Assembly (NCBI GenBank): GCA_964016885.1 | Contig: OZ024751.1 | Coordinates: 3,100,001 to 3,164,000, forward strand | Origin: Eledone cirrhosa | Taxonomy: Eukaryota | Length of the DNA stretch: 64,000 nucleotides | Direction: 5' to 3' | Part shown: positions 13,598 through 30,440 of the stretch, one piece after another | Layout: each line of letters opens with the position of its first letter | How positions within the stretch are numbered: the stretch's first letter is position 1 | Notes under the pieces: generated by a model | What the model saw: the letters and a program-made list of their open reading frames with translations, nothing else | Told to the model about the DNA's origin: nothing | Databases searched by the model: none | Made by a program: the position numbers and the translations under genes

Positions 13598-13903
13598 ATG
13601 TGTGTGGGTGGGTGTGTGTGTGTAAGGTAGATAACACGATTGTATAAGGCAGAGAGATATTCAAAGCTCGAATGTGATTTTATTATCCACAGCAAGAGTG
13701 GCAAAAGACAGTTCAGAGATTCGCCCAATTTGTAAATTTTCCTTCGTGGTGGTTTTATAACATCACAGCGCATATATAAAATGAATAAAAAAATAAGTCA
13801 GGTTTAATACATTATTTGAATAATGTATTAAATCTTGATTATTTATCCATTATATATATATATATGAATTATAAGAATCAGAGAACTGTTCAAAACATTA
13901 TTA

Positions 13904-13950
13904 TGCTTACAACTGTTTCCTCCAAACCGAGGTTTGGATTCTTCGGAGCA
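13904..13950 (-). ncRNA. Type I hammerhead, U4C core variant (mirror copy)
   Basis: Reverse complement of 14270-14316. Confidence 0.65.
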
Positions 13951-14269
13951 ATTTATTAATGAATGAACACTTATATGACCTCCTTGTTTACCTACTTAAG
14001 TGCTTCTACTACACGTAACTCTCTGCCACACTATATAAACAAGACGCACGTGCTTGCCACACATATAACCTTTGCACTATATAACCGCTTATTTTCATGT
14101 TGTATTTTAACCTGTATTTTTGATTGTATCTTTTAATATGAATGTAATCTCTAAGTGTGTACTGCCACTCTAAATGCTGTAATGAATGTTGACCCACAAT
14201 ATTTGCATATGTATCTGTATGTCTCTTGGGTGAAAAGGAGGTCATATAAGTGTTCATTCATTAATAAAT

Positions 14270-14316
14270 TGCTCCGAAGAATCCAAACCTCGGTTTGGAG
14301 GAAACAGTTGTAAGCA
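14270..14316 (+). ncRNA. Type I hammerhead, U4C core variant
   Basis: TGCT-CCGAAGA-A-TCCAAAC CTCG GTTTGGA-G-GAAAC-AGTT-GTA-AGCA. Confidence 0.65.
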
Positions 14317-14534
14317 TAATAATGTTTTGAACAGTTCTTTGATTCTTATAATTCATATAACTGCTCTGTAAATCATCTGATGTTTTTACATTGAGCTACT
14401 TAACTTACTGGTAATAAGGTAGTAATATATTACTGCCTACCACTATTTAGGGTTTGTATAAAAATATATATAACTGCAAAAGGTTTTTGTATTTACATAA
14501 CCATGAATAGTATAATTAATACTATATATATATA

Positions 14535-14823
14535 TTATTAGAAATGTAAGCTATCGCCGTATTTTGACTAAAGAAATTAAAGAAATTATTTAGCCTGATA
14601 GTGGGGTTAAGAACCCTCGGAGAAATGAAAAAAGATGAGTATTGACGTACATGAGTATTGACTCCCATGTACGTCAATACTCATCTTTTTTCATTTCTCC
14701 GAGGGTTCTTAACCCCACTATCAGGCTAAATAATTTCTTTAATTTCTTTAGTCAAAATACGGCGATAGCTTACATTTCTAATAATTTCAAACCCACTCGC
14801 TGTTTCGAAAATATTCTTACTTG
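14535..14823. mobile_element. Near-perfect palindromic insertion between TA runs
   Basis: Arms ~14535-14653 / 14666-14785, short right tail; no canonical hammerhead found. Confidence 0.75.
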
Positions 14824-14885
14824 ATATATATATGTATATATATATGTATATATATATATATATATGTGTGTGCGTGTGTGTGTGT

Positions 14886-15490
14886 CTAGGGCGGGTAAAA
14901 TTCCCGAGATCCCTGGACGAGTCCTCTTCAGTGGTGTCTGTCCCTCATCATCGCTGCCATGTCCTGCGTCTCCAAGAGACCAGTGTCTGTCCTTAGCGCA
15001 TCAACATATGTCAACCTCGGTCTCCCGCTTCCAGTGTGTCCATGCAGGGGCTCCCACAGGAGCAATGAGTGCAGTGTCAACTCTGGTTGTCGGTGAGCAT
15101 GTCCAGCTAACCTCAGTCTCCTCTGTGCTACTCTGGAGCTGACGTTTGGGAGGCTCCCGTACAGCTCTGAGTCCTTCATCCTCAGTGTATACTGATTAAT
15201 GTTCAGAGCCATCCTCAGCAATCTCATGTGGCACCCATCCGCCATCGGAGTGAGTTTCTTGGTCAGTGTCCAAGTCTCAGATCCATACAGCAGCGCAGAC
15301 TTCACTACAGCAACGAAGAGACGGATCTTCAGGTCTTTACGAAGGTCCGACTTCCACACCGATCTCAAACTGTGGCACGCCGCCCAGGCTTTGCTCTTCC
15401 TCTCGACCACATCATCTTCTGTATTCCCAATCTTCGCTCCCAGATACAGGAAATCCTCAACCAATTCTAGCGGTTCCCCGCCTACATTAG
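14886..15490 (-). mobile_element. RTE-like LINE 3' fragment (RT thumb / C-terminus)
   Basis: VEDFLYLGAKI, KIRLFVA.VKSALLYGSETWTLTK, RRLRLAGHAHR, LLWEP.HG..GRPRLTYVD. Confidence 0.88.
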
Positions 15491-15494
15491 TAAT

Positions 15495-16184
15495 TTTCTC
15501 TTACAATTAAATAGCTCTAAGAAAAAAGTACAATATAATTGAATAAACAAGAGAGATGAACACTAATATAAGTTAGTATTTTTTCACCCTAGAAAATGTT
15601 GGTCCTTACGATTCGAACACATGTATGTTTATATATTAGTGTTCATCTCTCTTGTTTATTCAAATATATTGTACGGCTCGGAAAAGCTTTTTTCTTAGAG
15701 CTATTTAACTGTAAGAGACTACTCTGAGTTCTTAACTCAAAATATATATTTGTCGGCTCCATCATGTAGAGCTAACTTTTATTGTCCTGTCAGCCAGGCT
15801 GCTATTTTTAGCGGCAGGGAATTTCGAGACAAGCTGGGTTCCGAATGACACGTGCGATAATTCATATCGTACACAATTCATTCTCTAATATTTTTAGAAG
15901 TGAAAGGATCACTAATTTCTCAACAATTACTGAGGAGCAGAGAAACGTGAGAACTTTACTTAATAAGTCGTTGCGAAACAGTCTCCAACACTGTCTAATT
16001 GTTACCAGGCATTTTTGCCCAATATAGGTCCGTTATTTTTCTTAATTTTTCTTAATTTAATATTTAAAGTTAAGGATAACAAACTTTATTGCTGTAGTTA
16101 GTATTTTTTCACCCTAGCAAATTTTAGTCCTTATGATTCGAACACATGTATGTTTATATTAGCGTTTATCTCTTTTGTTTATTC

Positions 16185-16190
<6 letters not shown>
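15495..16190. mobile_element. Composite insertion with inverted (15495-15570 vs 15633-15717) and direct (15571-15665 vs 16096-16190) repeats, pLTR-like
   Basis: Repeats visible by inspection; ends in (TA)n. Confidence 0.6.
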
Positions 16191-16254
<64 letters not shown>

Positions 16255-16255
<1 letters not shown>

Positions 16256-16801
16256 GATAAATCTACCAAGAGTTTACGGTAGTGTCCAATCCGTATGAAG
16301 AACTCAATGTAATCCGGATATCATGGAAAGAAGAGATGCAATGAAAAATCACTTTCGGTGAAAGATAAACGGAATACAGAGTCAAGATAAAATATTAAAA
16401 AAATAATGAATAAAACAATGAAACAGTTCCTTATATTAAACAAAAAAAGTTCATTATTTAACGATCGTTTCTAGGATATATATGTGTTAGAATTGGCATG
16501 CATATTCAACAGATCTATGTACAAAATTATACAAAATTATACAAACTATCAAAATTAAATATACATACCCAACACATATATATGCCGTCTTCAGAAAAAT
16601 TTCTGAAGACGGCATATATATGTGTTGGGTATGTATATTTAATTTTGATAGTTTGTATAATTTTGTATAATTTTGTACATAGATCTGTTGAATATGCATG
16701 CCAATTCTAACACATATATATCCTAGAAACGATCGTTAAATAATGAACTTTTTTTGTTTAATATAAGGAACTGTTTCATTGTTTTATTCATTATTTTTTT
16801 A

Positions 16802-16810
<9 letters not shown>
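16255..16810. mobile_element. Essentially perfect, nearly spacerless ~424-bp palindrome plus left tail, between (TA)n tracts
   Basis: Mirror ORFs 16487..16699(-) and 16498..16710(+) place the axis at 16598.5; arms ~16387-16810. Confidence 0.9.
16599..16741 (+). ncRNA. Hammerhead with very long helix II (mirror copy 16456-16598 on minus)
   Basis: ATTT-CTGAAGA-..GG.ATATATATGTGTTGG...CTAACACATATATAT.CC..-GAAAC-GATC-GTT-AAAT; palindromic helix III AACGATCGTT; base of helix II imperfect. Confidence 0.55.
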
Positions 16811-16858
<48 letters not shown>

Positions 16859-16940
16859 GTTATTCCGGGTTGAATCGGAGGTAACCACAGTAAGTAAGGT
16901 ACTCAATACATAGCAGAGTATAACAGTTTTAATATAGATG

Positions 16941-16991
16941 AGATTCTACAGGACTAGAACTGTTTCATTCATTAGAAATCATCAGGAATCT
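16941..16991 (-). ncRNA. Type I hammerhead in 3' pLTR
   Basis: AGATTC-CTGATGA-TTTC TAAT GAAT-GAAA-CAG TTCTAGTC CTG-TA-GAATCT; GUA triplet; U.U pair at the base of helix II. Confidence 0.8.
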
Positions 16992-17499
16992 GGGTATCAA
17001 AAAATAAATATGGTATTTATAGGTCTCTACAAGTGGTAGGAGAGGGTGGGGAGTGGGATGGGTGCAGGTCATTGGTTGATAGAAAAGGGAATTCATTAAA
17101 AGCTAATTCTACAAAGCTATAGTTAATTTTTATTTTTATTTATATTTATTTATGTTTTTAGAGTAACAAAGGCAGACAGAATTCTATAAACAGGTTCCGG
17201 ATGGCATACCATTCCTTGTCAATAAGTTTCTCTTAAGCTAACAGATGTCTATAAAATCAGTGGGGGGTCAGTCATGCTCGATAGAATTAAAGAAAAGGGA
17301 GATTCTTTAAAAGCTAAAGTCATTAAGGTTCTACTAAGTGACAAAGGTCTAGAGAATTCTGCAGTCAGATTCAAAATACTGAGTGCATATCTTACTATTA
17401 TCTTCGAACTTCTCTTAAACTAATCAACAATATGCCAAAATCAACAGACACATTCACAAAAAAACAAAAAAACAAAAAAACAGAAAAACAAAAAAGACA

Positions 17500-19990
<2,491 letters not shown>

Positions 19991-20189
19991 AAACAAATAT
20001 ATACACATACAAGTAAATAGGTACTCAATAAATATACGCATATACACAGGCACATAAAGACACCTCTACAGGCAGAAAATGTAGATACGAAAGAGGTACT
20101 CACATGACCATAGTGGCCGTATTTCAGGTTGAGGAGGGGTGGGGGTAGGGTGGGGAGGAGGTATAGGGGCCAATAGGGGGAGGTCGCTT

Positions 20190-22426
20190 TTAGCCATCGG
20201 GCTTTAACACTGGCTTAAAGTGTTTGAATGTTGCAAAGTTCTTGTGCATGCAGTTCGGGCAGTGTTCAGAGAGTTTGTTCAGTAGCTGGCCCTTGGCGAA
20301 TAAAATTTCGTAGCTCTCTGAAATACAAAGGTCGCAGCCCTTGTGTCCTCCGTTGTAAGAGCGCGCTTACTGGAGTATTTTCCAATTAAGCGTGAAGGGG
20401 GTGGAGTTCCTTTTGAGGTCCCAAACGTAGGAGGCGAGTGTTGTTTGATTTGATTTATCCGGTCTTCTGAAGGAGTGGGTATGGGCATACCAACGGGTCT
20501 TAAAGTTGTTGGAGGTCATGCCGATGTAAGTTTTTTTGCAATCCTCGGTGCCCGAGATGACATCGCATTTGTATACGATATCATTTGTGAGGCATTTGTT
20601 TTCTAGTGGGCATGCTTCCTTATTTAGGCAATTACATAGAGTCCCAGTCCGGGGATTGGTTTCGGAGGTGGTTGGCTTATTTAGTTTAGAGTTGTGGTTG
20701 GCTATATTCCTAGCTAGGTTAGGTGTGGTGGAGTAAGACAGTCTTATAGTGTTCTTATTAAAGATGGTGTAGTACCTATGTTGTATGGGGAAGTGTAATT
20801 TCAGTAAAGTGAAGAAAATCCTAGCTATCGGAGTAGATACCTCTCTATTGAAGGGGGGGTTGTACCAGCTAATCTGCCTATGTCTATTCCTCCTCTGCAA
20901 TTTTGCGGTGGTTTCTAGGTAAGTTATCTTATCTTTAAATCCGCTACGGGCTAGGGCGTCATTGTAGTAGGAGGCAGATGCATTAAAAATATCTTTGTTG
21001 GCGGAGAGGCCAGATATTCTAATAGAGACGCTTTTTACTAGGTTATCAGTAATGTTTTGGGGGTGGTTTGAATTAACATTAATATATTTAAGGGACTCGT
21101 TAGGTTTGTGGTACGGGTAATAGAGGGAAGTATCTAGGTCGAGAGTGACATCTAAGAAGTTGGCCCTAGTCAAATTAGAATCTATAGTTATACTAAATCC
21201 TAGATTAGAGAAGAAAGAGCTTAAGTTTTCCGAAACCCATCGGTGGTTCTGGGGCTAACCTTATGCAGGGCGAAGAGGCCGTCGTCTCGGTATAAACCTC
21301 CAGTTAGGCCGGTAAAGAGGTTCTTCAGGTTATGTAGGATGTACAGGCCCACAAGGTCGCTAATTTCAGCCGAGTCACTCGCCCCCATGCTAACGTCAAA
21401 TGGGGTCTGAGATTTCTTGTTGATCCAGTAAGATCCATCGTGGTATAGAAAGGTCTTACGAGCGTGGAGGATAATAACTTGCTCGGCATCGGTAATGGTG
21501 GTAAAATTCCTGGCAAAGTTAATTGCGTCCTTCAGGAGGGGCTCCGAGATAGAGGCATAGTAGTTTTCTATGTCGAGTTGCAGGAAGCGAGTGTGGTGTT
21601 TATCGGGTAATTCTTGGAACCATGATATTGCCTCAGATGTTCTACTCCAGAGTGGAAGTGGTGAGGCTGCCCGCAATAATGGTAGAACTCTATCCAGGAT
21701 CTTCTTACTGATAGAGCCGATGTCAGAACGAGTGGGGTTGATAAGTCTGACTGATGGTTTGTTGAGGAAATTTCCCTTATGGTCCTTCAGGGTAAAGTGT
21801 GGGGTCTTTACCCTTAAAGGTTCGGTTCGGTCATGTAATTTAAGGGACTTGGCGATTTCTTTTCCGGCCGCGTTTGTCTCAGTCAGCGCCCTCTCTATTA
21901 CCTTTTTGTAGGTGGTCGTGATGGTATTTTTTGCCAGCTTATTGTAGGTCTGTGGGTCTACCTCATAAACGTTTTTGGTTTTATCGGAGGAGACATAAAG
22001 ATTAGGGGATTTTTTTATATTCCGTAATTCGGCATTTAAGTAGGCCTGGAATGGTGTGGTGGCTCTACGGAATTTAATATCCTTGATCATCTTGAAGAGG
22101 TCTTCCTCAAATGGTTGGAGTAGGCTGTTGGTGGGTGGTGTCTTATTCGTTTTGAAGCCGAACTTCTCATCATTGGTAGATGCTACATCAGGGTTGTCGA
22201 GGAAGAAGGCCCTCCATCTAATTCGCTTGATGAACTCGTCGGTACGTCTGATGAGTGTTTTTAGGTATAGTTTCCTTGGAGGGATAGGGATGTTCTTCAA
22301 GGAAATATCAAGGTCGAGTTTGGTCAGCATGGTTTCTTGATGATGGTTATAAGGGGCACAGAGAGTGCTAAAATGTACGTTATTCCGGGTTGAATCGGAG
22401 GTAACCACAGTAAGTAAGGTACTCAA
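20190..22426 (-). pseudogene. Full-length PLE ORF (RT, Cys-rich linker, GIY-YIG endonuclease) with one frameshift (~21222) and one in-frame TAA (20367)
   Basis: SLKNIP, IRWRAFF, SDKT, RLINP, QLDIENYY, MGASDSAE, GGLYRDD, NFLDVTL, CNC..CPL..KC, IVYKC..YIGMT..FKTRW..H, CDLCISE, LLNK.SE; frame continues past the TAA to the stop at 20190. Confidence 0.93.
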
Positions 22427-22460
22427 TACATAGCAGAGTATAACAGTTTTAATATAGATG

Positions 22461-22511
22461 AGATTCTACAGGACTAGAACTGTTTCATTCATTAGAAATC
22501 ATCAGGAATCT
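22461..22511 (-). ncRNA. Type I hammerhead in 5' pLTR, just upstream of the ORF
   Basis: Identical to 16941-16991. Confidence 0.8.
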
Positions 22512-23019
22512 GGGTATCAAAAAATAAATATGGTATTTATAGGTCTCTACAAGTGGTAGGAGAGGGTGGGGAGTGGGATGGGTGCAGGTCATTGGTTGAT
22601 AGAAAAGGGAATTCATTAAAAGCTAATTCTACAAAGCTATAGTTAATTTTTATTTTTATTTATATTTATTTATGTTTTTAGAGTAACAAAGGCAGACAGA
22701 ATTCTATAAACAGGTTCCGGATGCATACCATTCCTTGTCAATAAGTTTCTCTTAAGCTAACAGATGTCTATAAAATCAGTGGGGGGTCAGTCATGCTCGA
22801 TAGAATTAAAGAAAAGGGAGATTCTTTAAAAGCTAAAGTCATTAAGGTTCTACTAAGTGACAAAGGTCTAGAGAATTCTGCAGACAGATTCAAAATACTG
22901 AGTGCATATCTTACTATTATCTTCGAACTTCTCTTAAACTAATCAACAATATGCCAAAATCAACAGACACATTCACAAAAAAACAAAAAAACAAAAAAAA
23001 CAGAAAAACAAAAAAGACA

Positions 23020-23232
23020 CACATACTCACTCACACACTTACGCGCAACCATAAACACACACACAAACACATATACACACATAAAAACACACACACATAT
23101 ACAAAAAATATATAAATATATATAAATATATATTCATGTACACACACATACATACACACATACATACATACATATATAATACATATACACATATACATAC
23201 GCACATATATATATATATACATATACATATAC

Positions 23233-23267
<35 letters not shown>

Positions 23268-23336
23268 CAAACATATACATATATACACATATATATATAT
23301 ATATATATACATATATACACATACACACACACACAC

Positions 23337-23419
<83 letters not shown>

Positions 23420-23536
23420 GATACACACACACATACACATACACACACACACACATATATACACAAATAAATACACTCACACGCATACATACAAACACGA
23501 GTATACATATGTATAAATACCTATACACACACACAT

Positions 23537-23577
<41 letters not shown>

Positions 23578-23594
23578 TATACATATATATATAT

Positions 23595-23637
<43 letters not shown>

Positions 23638-23654
23638 TCTATACACACACATAC

Positions 23655-23685
<31 letters not shown>

Positions 23686-23809
23686 TCCATACATACACAA
23701 ACATACACATACATACACAGACCTATACATAAATATACACATATATATACAGACATATAACGCACATATACACACACAAATACATACACATATATATATA
23801 TATATATAC

Positions 23810-23856
<47 letters not shown>

Positions 23857-23971
23857 ATATATATACATATACACACATATATATATATATATATACACAC
23901 ACACACGCGCATACACACATACACACACCCACACACAAAATATATATACACACACTCTCTCTCTCATGCAC

Positions 23972-24002
<31 letters not shown>

Positions 24003-24025
24003 TATACATATATATACATACACAT

Positions 24026-24056
<31 letters not shown>

Positions 24057-24081
24057 CATATACATACACATATACATATAT

Positions 24082-24114
<33 letters not shown>

Positions 24115-24261
24115 CATACATATACACACATATATGTGTACATATACACACACAAATACACACACATACACACATATATACATATACATACACACAAACA
24201 CATACATATACACATATATATACACACACACATATACACACATACACGCACACACACACAA

Positions 24262-24292
<31 letters not shown>

Positions 24293-24309
24293 TATACACA
24301 TACATACAC

Positions 24310-24362
<53 letters not shown>

Positions 24363-24421
24363 CACACACACATACACATACACATACACATACATATACA
24401 TATATATATATATACATATAT

Positions 24422-24485
<64 letters not shown>

Positions 24486-24625
24486 TCACATTCATATACA
24501 TACATATACACACACACACATACACGCATATACATATATACATACAAATACACACACACACATACACGCATATACATATATACATACAAACACACACACA
24601 TACACATATATATACATATATATAC

Positions 24626-24672
<47 letters not shown>

Positions 24673-24725
24673 CACACACCTGCCCACACAATCATATACA
24701 TATATATATATACATATATACACAT

Positions 24726-24780
<55 letters not shown>

Positions 24781-24785
24781 TATAC

Positions 24786-24819
<34 letters not shown>

Positions 24820-24882
24820 GCACACACATACATACATACATAACACACACACACATACATATACATATATACATATACACAC

Positions 24883-24941
<59 letters not shown>

Positions 24942-25195
24942 TACACACATACATACACACATACATACATATACATGCATACATACATATATATATATAC
25001 ATATACATACATATATATATACACATATATATATATATATATATACATATACACACACATACATATACACATATATATACACACATATACACACACATAC
25101 ATACATACACACATACACATACATATACATAAAACATACACACACACATACACACGTATACATACATACATACATACATACACACATATACACAC

Positions 25196-25249
<54 letters not shown>

Positions 25250-25544
25250 ACACACACATACATACATATACACAAACACATACATACATATACATACATA
25301 AATATACACACATAAAACACATATACACACAAACATATATATATACATATATATACACATATATATATATATATACACATATATATATATATATATATAT
25401 ACATATATATATACATATATACATACATACATACATATACACAAACACATACATACATATACCTACATAAATATACACACATAAAACACATATACACATA
25501 AAAACATATATATATACACATATATATACACACATATATATATG

Positions 25545-25579
<35 letters not shown>
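23020..25579. repeat. Second copy of the pLTR compound microsatellite
   Basis: Shared landmarks such as CTCTCTCTCATGCAC and CACCTGCCCACACAATC. Confidence 0.93.
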
Positions 25580-25580
<1 letters not shown>

Positions 25581-25736
25581 TTGTTATACTTTGGGAGGGT
25601 CATGTTGCCAATAAGAAACACACGCACCAGTTGCTTTCACTTCAATTTAATTTAATATATATTTATAAATTTACAAATTTATAAATTTCTGGTTGGTTGG
25701 TTGGTTCCACAACCAGATAGTTGTTTATATATATAT

Positions 25737-25781
25737 AGTCATAGTTCTTTCGTCACACACTCTGTGACCTCTTCAGTGACT
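25737..25781 (-). ncRNA. Minimal type I hammerhead (mirror copy)
   Basis: Reverse complement of 25942-25986. Confidence 0.8.
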
Positions 25782-25941
25782 GGGGATTTCTTTCTTCGTT
25801 TCTGTGCCTTTCCTTTCTTCTATCCTACGCCATTTTGTTTCTGTGCCTTTCCTTTCTTCTATCCTACGCCATTTTGTTTGACAAACAAAATGGCGTAGGA
25901 TAGAAGAAAGGAAAGGCACAGAAACGAAGAAAGAAATCCCC

Positions 25942-25986
25942 AGTCACTGAAGAGGTCACAGAGTGTGTGACGAAAGAACTATGACT
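25942..25986 (+). ncRNA. Minimal type I hammerhead
   Basis: AGTCA-CTGAAGA-G-GTCACA GAGTG TGTGAC-GAAA-G AA C-TA-TGACT; CUA triplet. Confidence 0.8.
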
Positions 25987-26201
25987 ATATATATATAAAC
26001 AACTATCTGGTTGTGGAACCAACCAACCAACCAGAAATTTATAAATTTGTAAATTTATAAATATATATTAAATTAAATTGAAGTGAAAGCAACTGGTGCG
26101 TGTGTTTCTTATTGGCAACATGACCCTCCCAAAGTATAACAATATCGGTTTCAACACACGATTTCAGATAAAGAATCTTGCTAAACAAATTCAGAAACGA
26201 A

Positions 26202-26238
<37 letters not shown>

Positions 26239-26616
26239 TATACACAAATACAAACAAATATATACACATACAAGTAAATAGGTACTCAATAAATATACGC
26301 ATATACACAGGCACATAAAGACACCTCTACAGGCAGAAAATGTAGATACGAAAGAGGTACTCACATGACCATAGTGGCCGTATTCAGTTGAGGAGGGGTG
26401 GGGGTAGGGTGGGGAGGAGGTATAGGGGCCAATAGGGGGAGGTCGTTTTTAGCCATCGGGCTTTAACACTGGCTTAAAGTGTTTGAATGTTGCAAAGTTC
26501 TTGTGCATGCAGTTCGGGCAGTGTTCAGAGAGTTTGTTCAGTAGCGGGCCCTTGGCGAATAAAATTTCGTAGCTCTCTGAAATACAAAGGTCGCAGCCCT
26601 TGTGTCCTCCGTTGTA

Positions 26617-28489
<1,873 letters not shown>

Positions 28490-28491
<2 letters not shown>

Positions 28492-28838
28492 ATATATTAG
28501 AAAGTAAGGTCTTTTTACAAAATGAAAAATAACCGAGGTGTCCTACACGAGTGAAAGTATAAAGAAAAAAAGATGAAATCGAAAATGCAACTGGAGTCTT
28601 ATTTTTTTTTAAATATATATATTTATTTGGTTCCTTTACCGGTTTCGCAGTTCTTTTGCTTTTCAAAAGTAGAGTTGAGATGGAGGGTCACATCTGATGT
28701 GAGAAAAACCACAGACCCTCCATCTCAACTCTACTTTTGAAAAGCAGAAGAACTGCGAAACCGGTAAAGGAACCAAATAAATATATATATTTAAAAAAAA
28801 ATAAGACTCCAGTTGCATTTTCGATTTCATCTTTTTTT

Positions 28839-28843
<5 letters not shown>
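28490..28843. mobile_element. Palindromic double-hammerhead insertion in (TA)n
   Basis: Arms ~28560-28689 / 28714-28843, left tail. Confidence 0.88.
28734..28769 (+). ncRNA. Minimal hammerhead, U3-A8 core variant (mirror copy 28634-28669 on minus)
   Basis: CTT-TTGAAAA-GCAG AAGAA CTGC-GAAA-CCGG-TA-AAG; palindromic helix III ACCGGT; GUA triplet. Confidence 0.7.
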
Positions 28844-28879
<36 letters not shown>

Positions 28880-28880
<1 letters not shown>

Positions 28881-29330
28881 GATATTAAATAAATGGAAAC
28901 TATATTTATAAAACCATATTTATTTCATTATATATATTTCAGGGATATCATATTAAAAATATGTTATGCCTTCTTCAGACAAAATACAATATAAACAGTC
29001 TTATAAATAGATAGATTCGACATACCTTTCCACTTCGACTTCTCAACTTTTCAAATAGAAGTCGAAGTTGAAAGGTATGTCGAATCTATCTATTTATAAG
29101 ACTGTTTATATTGTATTTTGTCTGAAGAAGGCATAACATATTTTTAATATGATATCCCTGAAATATATATAATGAAATAAATATGGTTTTATAAATATAG
29201 TTTCCATTTATATATATACTCCAAATACTTGTTGAGTGCTTTTATATCAGTTATAAATATTTACTCGTTGTTAACCCAACAATTTAAGTTAATGAAGTTA
29301 TTGTTTCCCCTTTTCTTCAAATAGTTATAT
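28880..29330. mobile_element. Palindromic double-hammerhead insertion (family A)
   Basis: Axis ~29050, arms ~28890-29210, tail GTTGAGTGCTTTTATATCAGTTATAAA shared with 780-805. Confidence 0.88.
29114..29179 (+). ncRNA. Minimal type I hammerhead, family A (mirror copy 28921-28986 on minus)
   Basis: TATTTTGT-CTGAAGA-AGG.ATA.CATATT TTT AATATG.TAT.CCT-GAAA-TATATA-TA-ATGAAATA. Confidence 0.78.
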
Positions 29331-29378
29331 ATATGGTATAGCGTGTTTCGCCGAACATTAGACTCGCCCCTTCTATTT

Positions 29379-29415
29379 CCCTCTGAAGAAGAGTTTTTAT
29401 CTCGAAATATGAGGG
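29379..29415 (+). ncRNA. Degenerate minimal hammerhead
   Basis: CCCT-CTGAAGA-A-GAG TTTTTAT CTC-GAAATATG-AGGG; position 17 is G, so predicted inactive. Confidence 0.45.
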
Positions 29416-29507
29416 TATGTAAATAAATTAAGGTAAAACCTAACATCTTGTTTCGTCTAATTTCTTTGTTCGTCCCTTTCACATTGTCGTGGCTTTCAAA
29501 CTTTATA

Positions 29508-29549
<42 letters not shown>

Positions 29550-29575
29550 TTATTTTGTTATTTATTCTTATTTAT

Positions 29576-29648
<73 letters not shown>

Positions 29649-29716
29649 GATCTCTCTATCTATCTATATATATATATATATATATATTTATTTTGTTATT
29701 TATTCTTATTTATTAT
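29508..29716. repeat. (CT)n(TA)n unit with a duplicated TTTATTTTGTTATTTATTCTTATTTATTAT spacer
   Basis: Direct inspection. Confidence 0.85.
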
Positions 29717-29929
29717 CCCCCCCCCCTTTTTCCCCCAGTCTCACTTTGTTGTACCAATTTTTTCAAATAATGCTTTCCAAAGATGTTCATCGGGCTCCCA
29801 CGTCGTGCAGTCGGCATGTCGTAACAAATATTTCGACCTAACAAGAGCGTAAGTTTTCAAACAATTTCGATTCTTTGTTTTAATAAAGTGGAGAAGAGAG
29901 AAAATGCGTCAAAACATGAATTTTATAAA

Positions 29930-30040
29930 CCGATGGCAAGATCACTAAAACGTACAGCAAATTCATCCGAACGTACAGCACATCAAAGTTTTGAGCAAAA
30001 CGTACAGTTTTGTACGAACGTACAGTCATCGGCAGCGCTG
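29930..30040 (-). mobile_element. Possible hAT-like DNA transposon terminus
   Basis: Minus strand starts CAGCGCTGCC, followed by four AACGTACAG subterminal repeats; partner end not found. Confidence 0.35.
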
Positions 30041-30196
30041 CTCAAAATACGATATATACGGTACATAAGGCTACAAACATTAAAAAAAAACTATATATAT
30101 GAATTCTTAATGTGCAAGTTTATTTACACTTAGAGCGAATTTTACATTAAATATATTACCAAATAGTGTTTACATCAATTGTCAATCAAGAGTACT

Positions 30197-30440
30197 CAAA
30201 CTATACGGCCATGTATAAAGATCAACTCATGGTGTGAGTAGGTTATACCTGGAAGAAAGGTTGGCTGGTAAGAGAAGCAGAGGCCGGCAGCCAAAACCAT
30301 GGCTTTACAATGGCAATTCATGGACTGGACTTGATCTTTGCCCCTTGAACTCTGCTGCTGGTGATCGAACTTTGTGGAGAGAGATATTACATGTTAATGC
30401 CCAGTCTGCAACTGGCGGAGTTTAGCGTCACAAGAAGAAT
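30197..30440 (+). mobile_element. RTE-like LINE extreme 3' fragment
   Basis: KLYGHV*R..LEERLAGKRSRGRQPKPWL...AAGDRTLWR. Confidence 0.75.

Larger units (their letters stand above)
13861..14520. mobile_element. Inverted-repeat PLE-derived insertion with two outward-facing hammerheads
   Basis: Arms ~13861-13985 / 14235-14358, ~250-bp spacer, right tail to a TA run. Confidence 0.8.
25580..26203. mobile_element. Palindromic double-hammerhead insertion nested in a (TA)n run of the pLTR
   Basis: Arms ~25580-25880 / 25881-26143 (left arm has a 39-bp tandem duplication), right tail to 26203; absent from the paralogous site ~19915-19960. Confidence 0.92.

Noticed and set aside
14590-14630. CTGATAG-GGGTT/AACCC-GAGAAA as a hammerhead in the 14535 palindrome
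   Set aside because: Core and junction spacing are non-canonical, with no NUH or helix I.
16487-16710. Twin 70-aa ORFs on opposite strands (also 39763..40119 / 40141..40371)
   Set aside because: A by-product of palindromic DNA.
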